Shown here piece by piece: positions 20,898-30,462 of a DNA stretch of 64,000 nucleotides (position 1 is its first letter; every line of letters begins with the position of its first letter). The DNA comes from Candidatus Latescibacterota bacterium (GTDB lineage: Bacteria; Latescibacterota; UBA2968; GCA-2709665). The notes beneath the pieces were generated by a model. It saw only the letters and a program-made list of their open reading frames with translations. It searched no databases and was not told the DNA's origin. A program made the position numbers and the translations under genes. The stretch lies in NCBI GenBank assembly GCA_965205485.1, contig OZ242180.1, positions 3,328,001 through 3,392,000 on the forward strand, written 5' to 3'.

Positions 20898-21852
20898 AGT
20901 TAACGTCCTTCCGGAACACGCGGGCGGTCGACTCGACCGGATGCTGGCCGGCGTCTGCGAACCGCTCTCCCGGTCCAGAATCCAGGCGTTGATCGCCTCC
21001 GGAAGAGTACTCGTAACGGGCAGACGCGTTCGATCCAGCTACCGGGTTTCGGCCGGCGAGAAGGTCGTGGTTCGTCTGCCCGCTCCCGAGCCGGCCGGAC
21101 TCGGTCCAGAGGAGATTCCTCTGGATGTTTTCTTTGAGGATGCCCATCTGCTTGTCGTGAACAAGCCGGCAGGCATGGTCGTACACCCGACGGGCGGCCT
21201 CCGGTCTGGCACGCTGGTGAACGGTCTCCTTGCCCATTGCGACGGTCTTTCTGGAATCAACGGCGTACTTCGTCCCGGAATCGTCCACCGGCTGGATAGA
21301 GAAACCTCGGGCCTGCTGATGGTGGCCAAGGATGACGCGGCGCATCGGGGGCTTGCGTCGCAACTGGAGTCGCGGACGGTGGTAAGGCGTTATTCCGCCT
21401 TCGTGTGGGGTCAACCAGAAGCGAAGAGCGGCCGAATCGAGGCGGCCATCGGCCGGAGTTCCGCGGACCACAGGCGCATGGCCGTGGTGGATACCGGCGG
21501 CCGCCGGGCCGTCACCCGGTACGAGGCAAAGGCGTTCCATGGATTCGCTTCGACCCTGGAATTGAGTCTGGAAACCGGGCGAACCCACCAGATTCGCGTC
21601 CATCTCGCCCACGTCGGCCATCCGGTCTTAGGCGATGCCGTGTACGGTGGAGGGGCGAAACGAATTCGTGGCATTTCGCCGTCCCACCGGAATGCGGCCA
21701 GGACGGTCCTGAATGCGGCGAGCCGTCAGATGTTGCACGCCGGGTGCCTCGGATTCGTCCATCCGGTCACGGACAAAGCGCTGGAATTCCACGCGGAGCC
21801 GCCTGAGGACATGCGTCGCGTCCGCGAGCTGCTTTCATCCGTCGGCCGCTGA
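20884..21852 (+). CDS. rluD: RluA-family pseudouridine synthase with S4 domain
   Basis: RLDR S4, VNKPAGMVVHP, HRLDRETSG, TGRTHQIRVH, GDAVYG, LHA. Confidence 0.92.
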   Translation: MRQFEVNVLPEHAGGRLDRMLAGVCEPLSRSRIQALIASGRVLVTGRRVRSSYRVSAGEKVVVRLPAPEPAGLGPEEIPLDVFFEDAHLLVVNKPAGMVVHPTGGLRSGTLVNGLLAHCDGLSGINGVLRPGIVHRLDRETSGLLMVAKDDAAHRGLASQLESRTVVRRYSAFVWGQPEAKSGRIEAAIGRSSADHRRMAVVDTGGRRAVTRYEAKAFHGFASTLELSLETGRTHQIRVHLAHVGHPVLGDAVYGGGAKRIRGISPSHRNAARTVLNAASRQMLHAGCLGFVHPVTDKALEFHAEPPEDMRRVRELLSSVGR

Positions 21853-21884
21853 AGCGACAGCACGGTCCGCCGGCTCTGCCACAC

Positions 21885-21919
21885 AAAAAAAGCGTCAACC
21901 CGATCGGGTTGACGCTTTT
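21885..21919. terminator. Bidirectional intrinsic terminator between convergent rluD and ferredoxin
   Basis: Perfect 32-bp palindrome AAAAGCGTCAACCCGATCGGGTTGACGCTTTT (21888-21919) with A/T tracts on both sides. Confidence 0.88.
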
Positions 21920-21945
21920 GCATATGACACGCGGCCGTTAACGGT

Positions 21946-22680
21946 CTACAACGTCCCCACGGGGATTCCGTATGCCTCTTCAACCTGCTGGGTATCCACC
22001 ATTTCGATGGCCTCCCAGGGGCAGATGTGTACGCACTGGATACATCCGATACAGTCTTCCAGACGGACTTCACAGAACGTGCCGATGCCGTCCAGGCCGG
22101 CGTCGGCAACGTCAACTTCCTCGATACAGTCCGTCGGACAGACTTCGATGCAGGCGTTGCAGCCTGTGCAATAGTCCGGATTGATGATGGCGATATGCCG
22201 CGGCCGCTTCTTCTTGGCCGTCATGCCGGAGCGGGAATCCAGCCACAGGTGTTCGTGGTAGTCGACGCGTTCTTTTTTCGCGACCCGCTCCGGACGGTAG
22301 ACCTCTGACTTTGGAGCGAATTCCAGCGTGCCCTCCGCGTGGGCGTGGCTGAGGCGGTACCGGTCCGAGGTAACGAGCTGGTCGGGGTCGTCGTCGTAGA
22401 CGAAACTGACCATGTCGTAACGGATGCCCACGGTGCGTCCGGCGCGTCCGTTCAGTTTGAAATGGATTCCGGGCCTGAATTCCAGAATGGCAAGGCCGGC
22501 GGGTTCTTTTTCAACTTCCGCGACGGCAGTCGCGGCGTCCGATTCAGCTTTGGCCGCGTCGGGCGCGGCTTCCGCGGCGTCGCCAGCGCCCTCTTTGGCT
22601 TTCCGCATGGCTTCGGCCTTGGCCCTGGCGCGCGCCACCCGGTCGGAGATGTTGTCAAACTGGGTAAGGTCGACGTTCAC
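21946..22680 (-). CDS. 2[4Fe-4S] ferredoxin-domain protein with N-terminal DRVARARAKAE motif and unknown middle domain
   Basis: CTGCNACIEVCP and CIGCIQCVHICP; GTG 22680 preceded by GGAGA (ATG 22725 is an alternative start). Confidence 0.88.
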   Translation of the reverse strand: MNVDLTQFDNISDRVARARAKAEAMRKAKEGAGDAAEAAPDAAKAESDAATAVAEVEKEPAGLAILEFRPGIHFKLNGRAGRTVGIRYDMVSFVYDDDPDQLVTSDRYRLSHAHAEGTLEFAPKSEVYRPERVAKKERVDYHEHLWLDSRSGMTAKKKRPRHIAIINPDYCTGCNACIEVCPTDCIEEVDVADAGLDGIGTFCEVRLEDCIGCIQCVHICPWEAIEMVDTQQVEEAYGIPVGTL

Positions 22681-22738
22681 TGAGTCGTTATCTCCGTCTT
22701 GAATGTGCCTGACTGCGTGACTCATACGATTCAGGGCT

Positions 22739-22767
22739 AAAATAAGGTCTTCCACCGGGGTTGTCAA
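22739..22767 (-). promoter_or_regulatory. Sigma70-type promoter for ferredoxin gene
   Basis: Minus strand TTGACA-17 nt-TATTTT. Confidence 0.6.
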
Positions 22768-22818
22768 GGATGAATCGGCGGCCGAACGGCGCGGAATTTC
22801 TGTGAAACAACACCGATC

Positions 22819-22848
22819 TTGACAGCGCGTGTGGCCTCTGGTTATATT
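22819..22848 (+). promoter_or_regulatory. Sigma70-type promoter for HEAT-repeat gene
   Basis: TTGACA-18 nt-TATATT. Confidence 0.55.
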
Positions 22849-22916
22849 GGAACCCGTGTTCTTGCGGATCGGCTCGAACGTTAACACAACGTGTTTATTG
22901 ACACAGAGGCTGTGGT

Positions 22917-23825
22917 ATGGACCAACCGACTCCCGACGAGGAACTCAGAAAAATCGCCGAAGACGCCTCCGCCCCGGTTTCGGACGCGGACGTCTCGCGG
23001 GCAAGGCTGGTCTCGCAGTTCGTCATTTTTCCCGTGGCGATCATTCTGGTGGCGCTCGCAATATATCTGGGATTGGGGCTGTTGACGGTCGAGCGAAAAA
23101 CGGCGGAGGACTATCTCAATACAATTCGGGTGGGCGGAATCAACAGCCGGTGGCAGGCCGCGTACGAACTGGCCACCGTGCTGGACCAGGAACAGCGGGA
23201 AGGACGGATCGGCCGCAGGTTCGTCGGAGAGTTGATCCGGGTGTTCGAGGCCTCCCGGTCGGACGACCCCCGTGTCCGGCGCTTTCTGGCCGCGGCCATG
23301 GGGAGGGTGAGGGATCCCGAACTCGTGGGCGTTCTGATTGCAGCGCTGGACGATCCGGATGACGAAACGCGGATCAACGCGATGTTTTCACTCAGGGCGC
23401 AGGGAGATCCGGGGGCCGTACCGCACCTCATCAGGATCGCTTCGAACGACGATGCGGGACTGCGCAAGGCGGCGGTGTACGCCCTTGGAGGGCTGGACGA
23501 CCCCCTCGTGCCGCCGGCGCTGGAGCAGGCGCTTCACGACCGTGCGCCCGACGTTCGCTGGAACGCCGCCCTCCAGTTGGCCGTGGCGGGTAACAGCGCG
23601 GGCCTGGAGGTGCTGGAAGAGATGCTGAGCCCGGGGTACCTGGAAGGATTCGATCGTATAAGCGGCGAGGGGAGGCGCAATATCCTGGTCGAAGCGATCA
23701 GGGCCGTGGGCATGCTCAACGCGACGTCACTGGCCCCCGCGCTGCAGCGCCTTCGTGAGACAGACCCGGACCTGCGGGTCCGACAGGCGGCCATTGAAAT
23801 CCTGAATGGCTGGGAAGCGAAATGA
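22917..23825 (+). CDS. Membrane-anchored HEAT/PBS-lyase repeat protein
   Basis: One N-terminal TM helix, then repeats of D.D..VR..A..ALG. Confidence 0.85.
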   Translation: MDQPTPDEELRKIAEDASAPVSDADVSRARLVSQFVIFPVAIILVALAIYLGLGLLTVERKTAEDYLNTIRVGGINSRWQAAYELATVLDQEQREGRIGRRFVGELIRVFEASRSDDPRVRRFLAAAMGRVRDPELVGVLIAALDDPDDETRINAMFSLRAQGDPGAVPHLIRIASNDDAGLRKAAVYALGGLDDPLVPPALEQALHDRAPDVRWNAALQLAVAGNSAGLEVLEEMLSPGYLEGFDRISGEGRRNILVEAIRAVGMLNATSLAPALQRLRETDPDLRVRQAAIEILNGWEAK

Positions 23826-23851
23826 GCGGCTGGAATCGATGGAATTGCAGT

Positions 23852-23895
23852 GGGGGATCCGGCCTGTACAGACTCGCGTCGGATCCCTCTTTTTT
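23852..23895 (+). terminator. Intrinsic terminator after HEAT gene
   Basis: GGGGGATCCGGC...GTCGGATCCCTC stem followed by T6. Confidence 0.75.
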
Positions 23896-23931
23896 GTCCC
23901 CGGGCAGGCGCGAATCTTCCCAAAATCCCGC

Positions 23932-23960
23932 TTGACAATTCGGGGTGGTTTGGATATATT
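23932..23960 (+). promoter_or_regulatory. Sigma70-type promoter of Rieske/cytochrome b/oxidase operon
   Basis: TTGACA-17 nt-TATATT. Confidence 0.7.
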
Positions 23961-24083
23961 GGCCCGGTGCCGGTGGCGCCGTAAGTGATGCAATTTCCGG
24001 TATTTCTTTAACTTATATCGTTTATTATTCAGTCCTGACGAATTCCCGCACAAAAACCGACCGCCCGGTTTCCGGGGTGCCCA

Positions 24084-25034
24084 ATGGCGGAAGATAAAAT
24101 CGACCTTTCGGAATTCGACGAAATACCCGATCGGGTGGCCAGGGCCAAGGCCAAGGCGGAAGCGCTTCGCAAGGCCCGGGAGGCCGCCGGAGGCGAAACG
24201 TCCGCGCCGAAGCCGGCCGACGAAGCTCCCGCGCAGGCCCCGGCCGAACCGGGTGGAGATTCCGGGCCATCCGAAGTGGATCTTTCGTCGCTGGACGAGA
24301 TCCAGGACCGCGTTGCCCGTGCGAAGGCCAAAGCCGAGTTGATGCGAAAGGCCCGCGGGAGTGGTGGAGCGGCGCCCGCACGCGCGCCGGTCAAGAAAGC
24401 CGCGTCCACCGCGGACCGCGCCGCCGCCGCCCGGGCTTTAACTCAGAAGACCGACGAGCCGGCCGCGGAGCGCGTGATCGTGCAGACCTCGCCGGCGCCG
24501 CCCGAAATCCGCCCCGGTCCGGAGAGAACGCAGGCCGTTGCCGAAGGCGGCATGACCACCCGGCGCGGGTTTTTCACCTGGCTGACCCTTGCGTGGGCGT
24601 CGTTCGCGGTCGCGTCCGGCGCCGGGCTCCTGGGTTTTGCGCGCTTCCTGTTTCCGAACGTGCTGTTTGAGCCGCCGCAGTCTTTCAAGATCGGGTTTGC
24701 GGAAGATTACGACCTGGGCGTGGACGAACGCTGGAAAGACAAGTTCAGCGTCTGGATTGTCAAGACCACGCAGGACATGTTCGCGCTCATTTCGGTGTGC
24801 ACGCATCTGGGGTGTACGCCCAACTGGCTGGGCAACGAACAGAAATTCAAGTGTCCCTGCCACGGCAGCGGATTTTATATGACGGGCATCAACTTCGAGG
24901 GTCCGGCCCCGCGTCCGCTGGAACGGGCGCGCATCGTGCTGGCCGAGGACGGGCAGGTGCTGGTCGACAAGACCCGCAAATTCCTGTACGAGAAGGGTCA
25001 CTGGGACAATCCGGAGTCCTTTTTGCGGATCTGA
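24084..25034 (+). CDS. qcrA: Rieske [2Fe-2S] subunit of quinol:cytochrome c oxidoreductase with ~156-aa N-terminal extension
   Basis: CTHLGC, CPCHGS, GPAPRPL; Tat-like TRRGFF plus TM helix. Confidence 0.93.
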   Translation: MAEDKIDLSEFDEIPDRVARAKAKAEALRKAREAAGGETSAPKPADEAPAQAPAEPGGDSGPSEVDLSSLDEIQDRVARAKAKAELMRKARGSGGAAPARAPVKKAASTADRAAAARALTQKTDEPAAERVIVQTSPAPPEIRPGPERTQAVAEGGMTTRRGFFTWLTLAWASFAVASGAGLLGFARFLFPNVLFEPPQSFKIGFAEDYDLGVDERWKDKFSVWIVKTTQDMFALISVCTHLGCTPNWLGNEQKFKCPCHGSGFYMTGINFEGPAPRPLERARIVLAEDGQVLVDKTRKFLYEKGHWDNPESFLRI

Positions 25035-25060
25035 ACGGGGCAGACGGCGGAATCGCCCTT

Positions 25061-25224
25061 AGAAGCTGTCTTAAAATTCCCAGCGGTCTTCGCACGGCTG
25101 CAAAAGCGCCGGTCGGCGTTGGTCAAATCCACCCGTATAGACAAATATGGGCGGATTTTCCCGCCTTGACCGCCACTTTTTCGCTCGCGCTCGGGAACTC
25201 ACCGGTAATTTTAAAACAGCTTCT
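25061..25224. mobile_element. MITE family B, complete copy (~164 bp)
   Basis: 18-bp terminal inverted repeats AGAAGCTGTCTTAAAATT / AATTTTAAAACAGCTTCT (17/18); homologous inverted copy at ~56860-56993. Confidence 0.8.
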
Positions 25225-25278
25225 TAACACGTTTTTCTTTTCTGTTTCAGCATCGCGGTACAATCGGGAGAATACGGT

Positions 25279-26064
25279 ATGCCGAAGATCTCGGGCCTTC
25301 TGGACCGGACCAAGCGCTCTCAGATCTGGAAGTCCATCTTCAGGCACGACGTGCCGAGAGACGAACGCGGTCGCGCGCAGGTGGTGCTGACCAACGTATT
25401 CTTGCATCTGCATCCCGTGCGCACGCCAAAATCGGGAATCAGGGTGCGCTACACGTGGTGTATGGGCGGGCTCACCTTCTTTATTTTTCTGATCGAGACC
25501 ATCACGGGCATTCTGCTCATGTTCTACTACCGGCCCACCCTCGAATACGCCTATACGGACATCATCGATCTGGGCGAGCAGGTGCCGCTGGGAATCATGC
25601 GGGAGATTCACCGATGGGGCGCCCACGCGATGATCATTACGGTCTGGCTGCACATGTTGCGCGTGTTCATGACGGGATCGTACAAGCCACCCCGCGAATT
25701 CAACTGGGCGATCGGCGTCATTCTGCTGCTTCTGACGTTGCTGTTGAGCTTTACAGGGTACCTGCTGCCCTGGGACCAGCTTGCCATCTGGGCCATTACG
25801 GTGGGGTCGAATATGGCGCGGGCAACCCCTTTTCTCGGTCACGAGGGGCCCGGAGCGGCATTCCTTGTGCTTGGCGATATCAATCTGGTGCACGCAGGCG
25901 ACGATGCCCGATTCGCGCTGTTGGGGGGCCGCTTTGTCGGGGAAGGCGCGCTGCTGAGGTTTTATGTCCTGCATTGCCTCTTCATCCCGTTCGTGGCGGC
26001 TGTACTCATGGCCGTTCACTTCTGGCGGGTCCGAAAGGACGGCGGAATATCCGGACCGATGTAG
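25279..26064 (+). CDS. qcrB: Cytochrome b6-like N-terminal cytochrome b subunit
   Basis: WCMGG (heme ci Cys), [27 protein letters not shown]-x14-H. Confidence 0.93.
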   Translation: MPKISGLLDRTKRSQIWKSIFRHDVPRDERGRAQVVLTNVFLHLHPVRTPKSGIRVRYTWCMGGLTFFIFLIETITGILLMFYYRPTLEYAYTDIIDLGEQVPLGIMREIHRWGAHAMIITVWLHMLRVFMTGSYKPPREFNWAIGVILLLLTLLLSFTGYLLPWDQLAIWAITVGSNMARATPFLGHEGPGAAFLVLGDINLVHAGDDARFALLGGRFVGEGALLRFYVLHCLFIPFVAAVLMAVHFWRVRKDGGISGPM

Positions 26065-26109
26065 ATACGGCCGGGACCTGGTAGAATTCGGGATTCACCG
26101 AGGAAGACG

Positions 26110-27186
26110 ATGGACTTACTGAAGGGCTTCGTCAACTGGCTTCTCACGCCTGAATATTTCCTGCCGTTGTTTGCCATTCTCTTCTTTCTGGCTTTGCGGA
26201 CCCGCTGGGTATGGACGGTCCGTTTCGGCCTCCCCGCCCTGATCGCCTCGATCGTATTCTTCCTTGTAAGTTTCCAGGATGAGAATTTCCGCATCATCGT
26301 GACCAAGGGTGACAATATCCCCATTGTCATGTTGCTGTTTCTGGTGGGTTTCTTTGTCTGGTACAGCCTGAAACAGGGGTACGACAACGACGAACGCATC
26401 GCGCGGGGCGAAGGGCCGGTTGAGAAGGCGGAATTCAAGGAGAAGGTCCTCACCTGGCCCCATCTGGTCTACACGGAGTTGATCTGTCTGACCCTTGCGA
26501 CAGTCTTCCTGATTCTCTGGTCCGTGCTCATCAAGGCGCCCATCGAGGAGCCGGCCAACCCGGCGAAAACCCCCAACCCGTCAAAGGCGCCCTGGTATTT
26601 CCTGGGGCTGCAGGAAATGCTGGTGTATTACGATCCGTGGATTGCGGGGGTCGTCCTGCCCACCCTTGTCATCGTGGGCCTCATGGCCATTCCGTATATA
26701 GACCGGAATCCCAGGGGGCTGGGTTACTATACGTTCAAGGAACGCCGGTTCGCCATTACGGTGTTCCTGTTCGGTTTTGTGGTGTTATGGGTGATGCTGA
26801 TCATGATCGGTACGTTTCTGCGCGGTCCGAACTGGAACTTTTTCGGGCCATACGAATTCTGGGACGTACACAAACTGGAAGCGCTGGTCAACGTCAATCT
26901 TTCGGAGTATATCTACGTCCAATGGCTGGGTACGGGACTGCCATCCTTCTGGCTGACGCGCGAGATATGGGGTTTCCTGCTGGTCATCCTGTACTTTCTA
27001 TTGCCGCCCCCATTGCTTGCGCAAACGGTGTTCAAGGATTTCTACAAGAACATGGGATTCGCTCGCTTTAGCGTGATGGTTTTCTTCTTCCTCTGCATGG
27101 TCGCCCTCCCCATCAAGATGTTGCTTCGCTGGCTGTTCAACCTGAAATACATTGTCGCCATTCCGGAATATTTCTTCAATATCTGA
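26110..27186 (+). CDS. Cytochrome b subunit IV-like (PetD-like) with extra TM helices
   Basis: TWPHL, PANP..TPNPSKAPWYFLGLQE, PYIDR. Confidence 0.85.
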   Translation: MDLLKGFVNWLLTPEYFLPLFAILFFLALRTRWVWTVRFGLPALIASIVFFLVSFQDENFRIIVTKGDNIPIVMLLFLVGFFVWYSLKQGYDNDERIARGEGPVEKAEFKEKVLTWPHLVYTELICLTLATVFLILWSVLIKAPIEEPANPAKTPNPSKAPWYFLGLQEMLVYYDPWIAGVVLPTLVIVGLMAIPYIDRNPRGLGYYTFKERRFAITVFLFGFVVLWVMLIMIGTFLRGPNWNFFGPYEFWDVHKLEALVNVNLSEYIYVQWLGTGLPSFWLTREIWGFLLVILYFLLPPPLLAQTVFKDFYKNMGFARFSVMVFFFLCMVALPIKMLLRWLFNLKYIVAIPEYFFNI

Positions 27187-27291
27187 GGATTCCTGTTTGT
27201 CTTCCGGCGCTGCTGCAGCATACCGTGGAATTTCTGAAGGGGTTGGTGGACGCGGCACTAAGGGCATATGCCGCCTCCCTGGAGCCGTTCG

Positions 27292-30200
27292 ATGAATGAG
27301 CCGAGGCGCTTCATAGACTTTGTCTACAACGTAGACAAAATGAACATGATTTTCGCCATCTCCAGCGTGGTGCTGGTTATCGCCGTGGTCTGGATGGTCT
27401 GGGACGACTACGACCGGGAATGGAAGGGTTTTCAGCGGGAGGCGATGGCGCTGGAGGCCTATAACACCGAGGCGGAAATCAAACTGGCGCAGGAGAACAT
27501 CGATCAGGACGCGCTGAAATCGATTGAGGACGAACTTGCGGGAATCGAGGCGTCGATCCAGGCGCACCAGAAACGATTCGATTCGGCAACGGCCGAGTTG
27601 AAGCGGCTCACACAAGCGGAGTGGTACAGCGCCGATCAGAGGCTGAAGTTCGAAAAAGCGCAATACGACGTGGTGAAGTTTGAGTATGAAGACGCTGCCA
27701 AAGCGGGACGTAAGAAAACGGCGGCGAAGAAAAAGGCCGAGATGGAGGTTATGGAGGCCCGGATTTACGAATTCCGGCTGGCTCTGGAGGCCGTGGAAGA
27801 AAAGCAGGCCGCGCAGCAGAAGATCATCGACGACGTCGCCGGGCAGCGACAGGCGCTGGAGTCCAGGCGGCGCTCGCTGAATAAGGATGAAGACAACCTG
27901 AGGCGCAAATTGACGGGTCTTGTGCCCAGTTTCCCCAACGTGTTCCGAAACCTGCCGATGGTGGATTTCATCGATCCATCCATCAAGGTACGGCAGGTCG
28001 TCCTGGCCGATCTGAGGAACGAACTCAACTTTACCCGGGTTCCGCGGGTGGACCGGTGTACCACGTGTCACGTAAACATCGACCGTCCGGGCTACGAGCT
28101 GGACCCGGAATCCGGCTGGTTCAGGAATGAAACCCTCAAAACCTACATGGAGACGGTCTACGCGGATCAAGACGTCCGGCTCGGCCGAACCCGGGCGTTT
28201 GCCACCCATCCGAGGCTGGATCTCTTCCTGAGCAGCGGCTCGCCCCATCCGATCGACGAGTCAGGGTGCACCACCTGTCATCTCGGTCGCGACCGGGGGG
28301 TGACGTTCAAGAATACCGCCCATACGCCGAGCGACGACGTCGAGGCCGCCCGCTGGAAGAAGCTGTACGGCTGGAAGAAGATGAAATACTGGGACCACCC
28401 GATGCTGCCCGGCCGCTACGTGGAATCCACGTGCGCACAATGCCACGCGGGCGTTGTCGACGTGCCGGAGGCGGACGATCTGAATCGCGGCATCCATCTC
28501 GTGCGCACGCTGGGTTGCCACGGTTGCCACAAGATCGCGAAACACACGCTTCAGGACCTGCGCAAGGTCGGGCCGGACCTGCGCAAGGCAGCCGGCAAAC
28601 TGGATCAGAATTGGGCCGTGAAGTGGGTGCGTGACCCCAAGGGGTTCCGGCCATCCACCAGGATGCCCAAGATTTTCGATCTGGCCAACGTGAGCGGGCC
28701 TGAAGATATCGCCCGCAATACGGCCGCGGTCAACGCCGTTGTGACGTATATCTTCGACAAGTCCGAACGGCCCGAGTACCCGACGCCGCCCGTACAGGGC
28801 GATGCAGGCCGGGGCGAGCGCCTCGTCGAAATGGTGGGCTGCAAGGCGTGCCACGTGGTGGGCGCGGACGACAAGTTGGGCCAGGAGTACGGGCTGCGGA
28901 ACTTCGGACCGAACCTGAACGACGTGGGCAGCAAGCTGTCGGAGGGATGGCTGTTCGCATGGCTGAAGGAACCCACGGCCTATTTCCCCGATACACGGAT
29001 GCCGAATCTGCGGCTGACCGACCGTGAAGCGGCCGACATCACGGCCTATCTGCTCACCCTTCGGAATACGGAGTTTGAAGCGCGGCAGGTGGCGGCGGTG
29101 GACCCGCAGGTGCGCGACGACCTGGTGTTGAACTATCTGCGCAGCAGGCTGCCCGTGAAGACCGCGAAGGAACAACTGGATCAGATGTCCGGCCATGAGC
29201 GGGACATCTGGCTGGGCGAGAAGATTATCTCCCGGCAGGGCTGCTTCGGGTGCCACCTCATCCCTGGGTTTGAAGATACACAGCCCATCGGCACGGAACT
29301 GACCGAAGAAGGCAGCAAGGACCTGGACAAGCTGGATTTCGGTCTGCTGGCCAAAAAGCCGGGTTCCTACAACACCGATCCCGACGCCATTCCCTATACG
29401 CGACACGACTGGTTCTATAAAAAGCTCAAACAGCCCCGGGTCTTCGACAAAGGTAAGGTGAAGCTGTACGACGACAAGCTGCGCATGCCCCAGTTCGGTC
29501 TGAGCGACGAGGATGCGCACGCGCTGACTACGGCGCTGCTTAGCATGAACAGGAGCCAGGCGGGCACCGATGCAATCAAGCGCCTGTCTCCCGATGAAGT
29601 CGATATCGAGAAGGGCCGCTGGCTGGTCTACGACAGGAACTGCAAGGGCTGCCACGTTGTGGAGAATCAGGGCGGGGCCATCCAGGATCCTCTCGTGGAG
29701 GCGTACGGAGACGAGGAAGTCCCGGCCGCCGACGCCGTGGGATTCGTGCCGCCGTCCCTCAACGGAGAGGGCAGGAAGGTGCAGCCGGACTGGTTCTTCG
29801 CCTTTCTGAAGAACGTGCAGCCTGTCCGACCGTGGCTCGAGGTGCGGATGCCCACGTTCGGTTTCGAAGACCCGCAGGCCATCGACCTGGTCACCTATTT
29901 TTCGCGTCTGGACAAGGAGCAGTTCCCCTACGCGACCTTTGTGGATAAACATTTGAGCTCAAAAGAGATGCGCGGCGCGAAGAGGCTGTTCAGCGCGGAT
30001 ATCTACAACTGTTTCACCTGCCACCAGCAGGGCGATATCAAGCCCACGGGCGATCCGGCAAGCTGGGCGCCCGACCTGAAACTGTCCAGGGAGCGGTTGA
30101 AGCCCGCGTGGATCAGGGACTGGCTGTGGGATCCGCAGAAGCTGCAGCCGGGCACCAAGATGCCCACGTTCTTCGGCGACGAAATGACCTACCTCCCCGA

Positions 30201-30345
30201 GGAAATGGCCGCCTATCTGAAGCTGCCCGAGGGGGTCAGGCCCGAGGACGGCCTGCTCGTATTGCCGACCGACGTCGTCATCGAGGCGCTCACCGACTAC
30301 ATCATCCACGGCCTCCACCAGGATTCACGGCTCACCAGACGATAG
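27292..30345 (+). CDS. Membrane-anchored multiheme (8 x CxxCH) cytochrome c with N-terminal coiled coil
   Basis: CTTCH, CTTCH, CAQCH, CHGCH, CKACH, CFGCH, CKGCH, CFTCH; repeated GP.L...W..P...MP class-I domain tails. Confidence 0.92.
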   Translation: MNEPRRFIDFVYNVDKMNMIFAISSVVLVIAVVWMVWDDYDREWKGFQREAMALEAYNTEAEIKLAQENIDQDALKSIEDELAGIEASIQAHQKRFDSATAELKRLTQAEWYSADQRLKFEKAQYDVVKFEYEDAAKAGRKKTAAKKKAEMEVMEARIYEFRLALEAVEEKQAAQQKIIDDVAGQRQALESRRRSLNKDEDNLRRKLTGLVPSFPNVFRNLPMVDFIDPSIKVRQVVLADLRNELNFTRVPRVDRCTTCHVNIDRPGYELDPESGWFRNETLKTYMETVYADQDVRLGRTRAFATHPRLDLFLSSGSPHPIDESGCTTCHLGRDRGVTFKNTAHTPSDDVEAARWKKLYGWKKMKYWDHPMLPGRYVESTCAQCHAGVVDVPEADDLNRGIHLVRTLGCHGCHKIAKHTLQDLRKVGPDLRKAAGKLDQNWAVKWVRDPKGFRPSTRMPKIFDLANVSGPEDIARNTAAVNAVVTYIFDKSERPEYPTPPVQGDAGRGERLVEMVGCKACHVVGADDKLGQEYGLRNFGPNLNDVGSKLSEGWLFAWLKEPTAYFPDTRMPNLRLTDREAADITAYLLTLRNTEFEARQVAAVDPQVRDDLVLNYLRSRLPVKTAKEQLDQMSGHERDIWLGEKIISRQGCFGCHLIPGFEDTQPIGTELTEEGSKDLDKLDFGLLAKKPGSYNTDPDAIPYTRHDWFYKKLKQPRVFDKGKVKLYDDKLRMPQFGLSDEDAHALTTALLSMNRSQAGTDAIKRLSPDEVDIEKGRWLVYDRNCKGCHVVENQGGAIQDPLVEAYGDEEVPAADAVGFVPPSLNGEGRKVQPDWFFAFLKNVQPVRPWLEVRMPTFGFEDPQAIDLVTYFSRLDKEQFPYATFVDKHLSSKEMRGAKRLFSADIYNCFTCHQQGDIKPTGDPASWAPDLKLSRERLKPAWIRDWLWDPQKLQPGTKMPTFFGDEMTYLPEEMAAYLKLPEGVRPEDGLLVLPTDVVIEALTDYIIHGLHQDSRLTRR

Positions 30346-30354
30346 TTGGAACTT

Positions 30355-30438
30355 AGGCCGTCTTAACGATTGGAAATAATAGAGGAACGTCAGCCGGCGC
30401 GCCGCGCGAAGACCGCTGGGAATTTTAAGACAGCTTCT
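30355..30438. mobile_element. MITE family B, internally deleted copy
   Basis: GCCGCGCGAAGACCGCTGGGAATTTTAAGACAGCTTCT identical to end of the 56993 copy; degenerate left end AGGCCGTCTTAACGATT. Confidence 0.65.
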
Positions 30439-30462
30439 AACGAGGAAGAGAGGGGACGCAAG

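Noticed and set aside
22726..22887. 54-aa N-terminal extension of the ferredoxin ORF in the track
   Set aside because: Overlaps the predicted divergent promoters; better RBS before GTG 22680
28261..29952. 563-aa minus-strand ORF
   Set aside because: Shadow of the multiheme cytochrome
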